Below, in pieces: positions 63,369-64,000 of a stretch of DNA of 64,000 bases; position 1 is the stretch's first letter, and each line of letters begins with the position of its first letter. The translations under genes were made by a program, and so were the position numbers. The notes beneath the pieces were generated by a model. It ran no database searches, was not told the DNA's origin, and worked only from the letters and a program-made list of their open reading frames with translations. Source of the stretch: Chamberlinius hualienensis (taxonomy: Eukaryota); contig BAAGAE010000030.1 of assembly GCA_054772095.1 (NCBI GenBank), positions 87,335 to 151,334 on the forward strand. The letters are read 5' to 3'.

Positions 63369-64000
63369 GGATCGGGAAAACAGATCTCATAATAGAAGTT
63401 TAGCATATGATGGTCGGAACGGTGATGATGCAGGTAGCAGGACAAGAGATCGGTCGATGGACCGGTTAAAAGATAAACGTGATACAACACGATCTCCTCT
63501 AAGAAATATGGACTTGCCACGACGGGGTGAGTCGATGTCATCGCTATCAAAAAATGACAGTGCCTTCGACAATATCCTCAATTCCTCTTCATCCACTTCA
63601 TCAACCCCATCCTCTTCTTTGTCTTCTATGAAACCTGGCGGACATGGTGAATCAGCGCCTAGTACACCCTCCACAACAATTCGGATTAAAGATGAACCCA
63701 AAAAAGACGACGAACCACTTTTGCTGCGAGGAGGGGATCGTATTCAACCGCCGCCGCCTCCTCAAACTGTTGATTCGGTGAGAAATGACCATATCACATC
63801 AGCAATGTTAAGTGGCAGCTACCTCGCTCGTGCTCTACCGCCCCACGGTCTTGCTATGCTTGAGAGGACTCGATTGATGGGACCGTTCGGTCTACCACAT
63901 CCAATGGCGGGGATGGAAAGGCCTCCACCACCACTTACAATGTGGGGTGATTCGTTTCGTGATCCATACCGAACTTTAGACTACGCGCATAGAATGGAAT
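63369..64000 (+). CDS. AUTS2: AUTS2-family C-terminal region exon (continues beyond the window), ...LERTRLMGPFGLPHPMAGMERPPPPLTMWGDSFRDPYRTLDYAHRME
   Basis: Acceptor gtgatag ends at 63368. The frame is open to the end of the window with no stop. Matches the human C-terminal block [44 protein letters not shown]. Confidence 0.85.

Noticed and set aside
63387-63701. Minus-strand 104-aa ORF
   Set aside because: It is antisense to the well-supported conserved C-terminal AUTS2-family exon. The plus-strand frame carries the homology.
1-64000. Prokaryotic-style annotation (operons, defence systems, CRISPR, rRNA/tRNA)
   Set aside because: There is no long uninterrupted ORF apart from one low-complexity exon. 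GT-AG introns and polypyrimidine acceptors are clear, and the content is AT-rich and microsatellite-rich. This is a metazoan nuclear locus. No CRISPR-like spaced direct repeats and no rRNA were seen.

Overview
This is eukaryotic (metazoan) genomic DNA. It is AT-rich, has no long uninterrupted ORFs, and shows canonical GT..AG introns with pyrimidine-rich acceptors. It is not a prokaryotic locus, so there are no operons, CRISPR arrays or rRNA genes here.

The dominant feature is the 3' two-thirds of a large plus-strand gene whose spliced exons encode an AUTS2 / fibrosin (Drosophila tay-bridge) family protein. I identified it by collinear similarity of the translated exons to human AUTS2, which I recalled from memory. 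The matching segments are:
- ...SRERLSDE | VSSRPSSGRGYI | CDSESEDDQ | VSDTGSDLFTT
- the PPPPY motif followed by the [13 protein letters not shown] histidine repeat
- FDKLPKLDAPFHRQT, FGPP..AFQPK and [22 protein letters not shown]
- [16 protein letters not shown]
- the C-terminal LERTRLMGPFG...FRDPYRTLD tail

I mapped 16 exons between 9103 and the window end. The gene continues past 64000, and more 5' exons probably lie upstream or outside the window. Two introns are very large: about 9.4 kb (9606..19029) and about 38.4 kb (19057..57488).

The intronic space is not empty:
- at least two non-autonomous Tc1/mariner-type MITEs (TA target duplications, CAGRGTG... inverted termini), plus two fragments
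- a strong over-representation of the perfect CRE palindrome TGACGTCA (about 20 copies against fewer than 1 expected)
- many Pho/YY1-like CGCCATTTT / AAGATGGCG motifs, often in pairs
- about 8 CTCF-like CAGGTGGCGC motifs
- DRE-type CGATA palindromes
- CpG-rich islands that could be internal promoters, one next to a candidate in-frame alternative first exon at 39348..39521
- long G and C homopolymers and (CT)n microsatellites

No computation was run. Every motif count comes from reading the sequence by eye, and the protein similarity comes from recall rather than a database search. Both should be verified.
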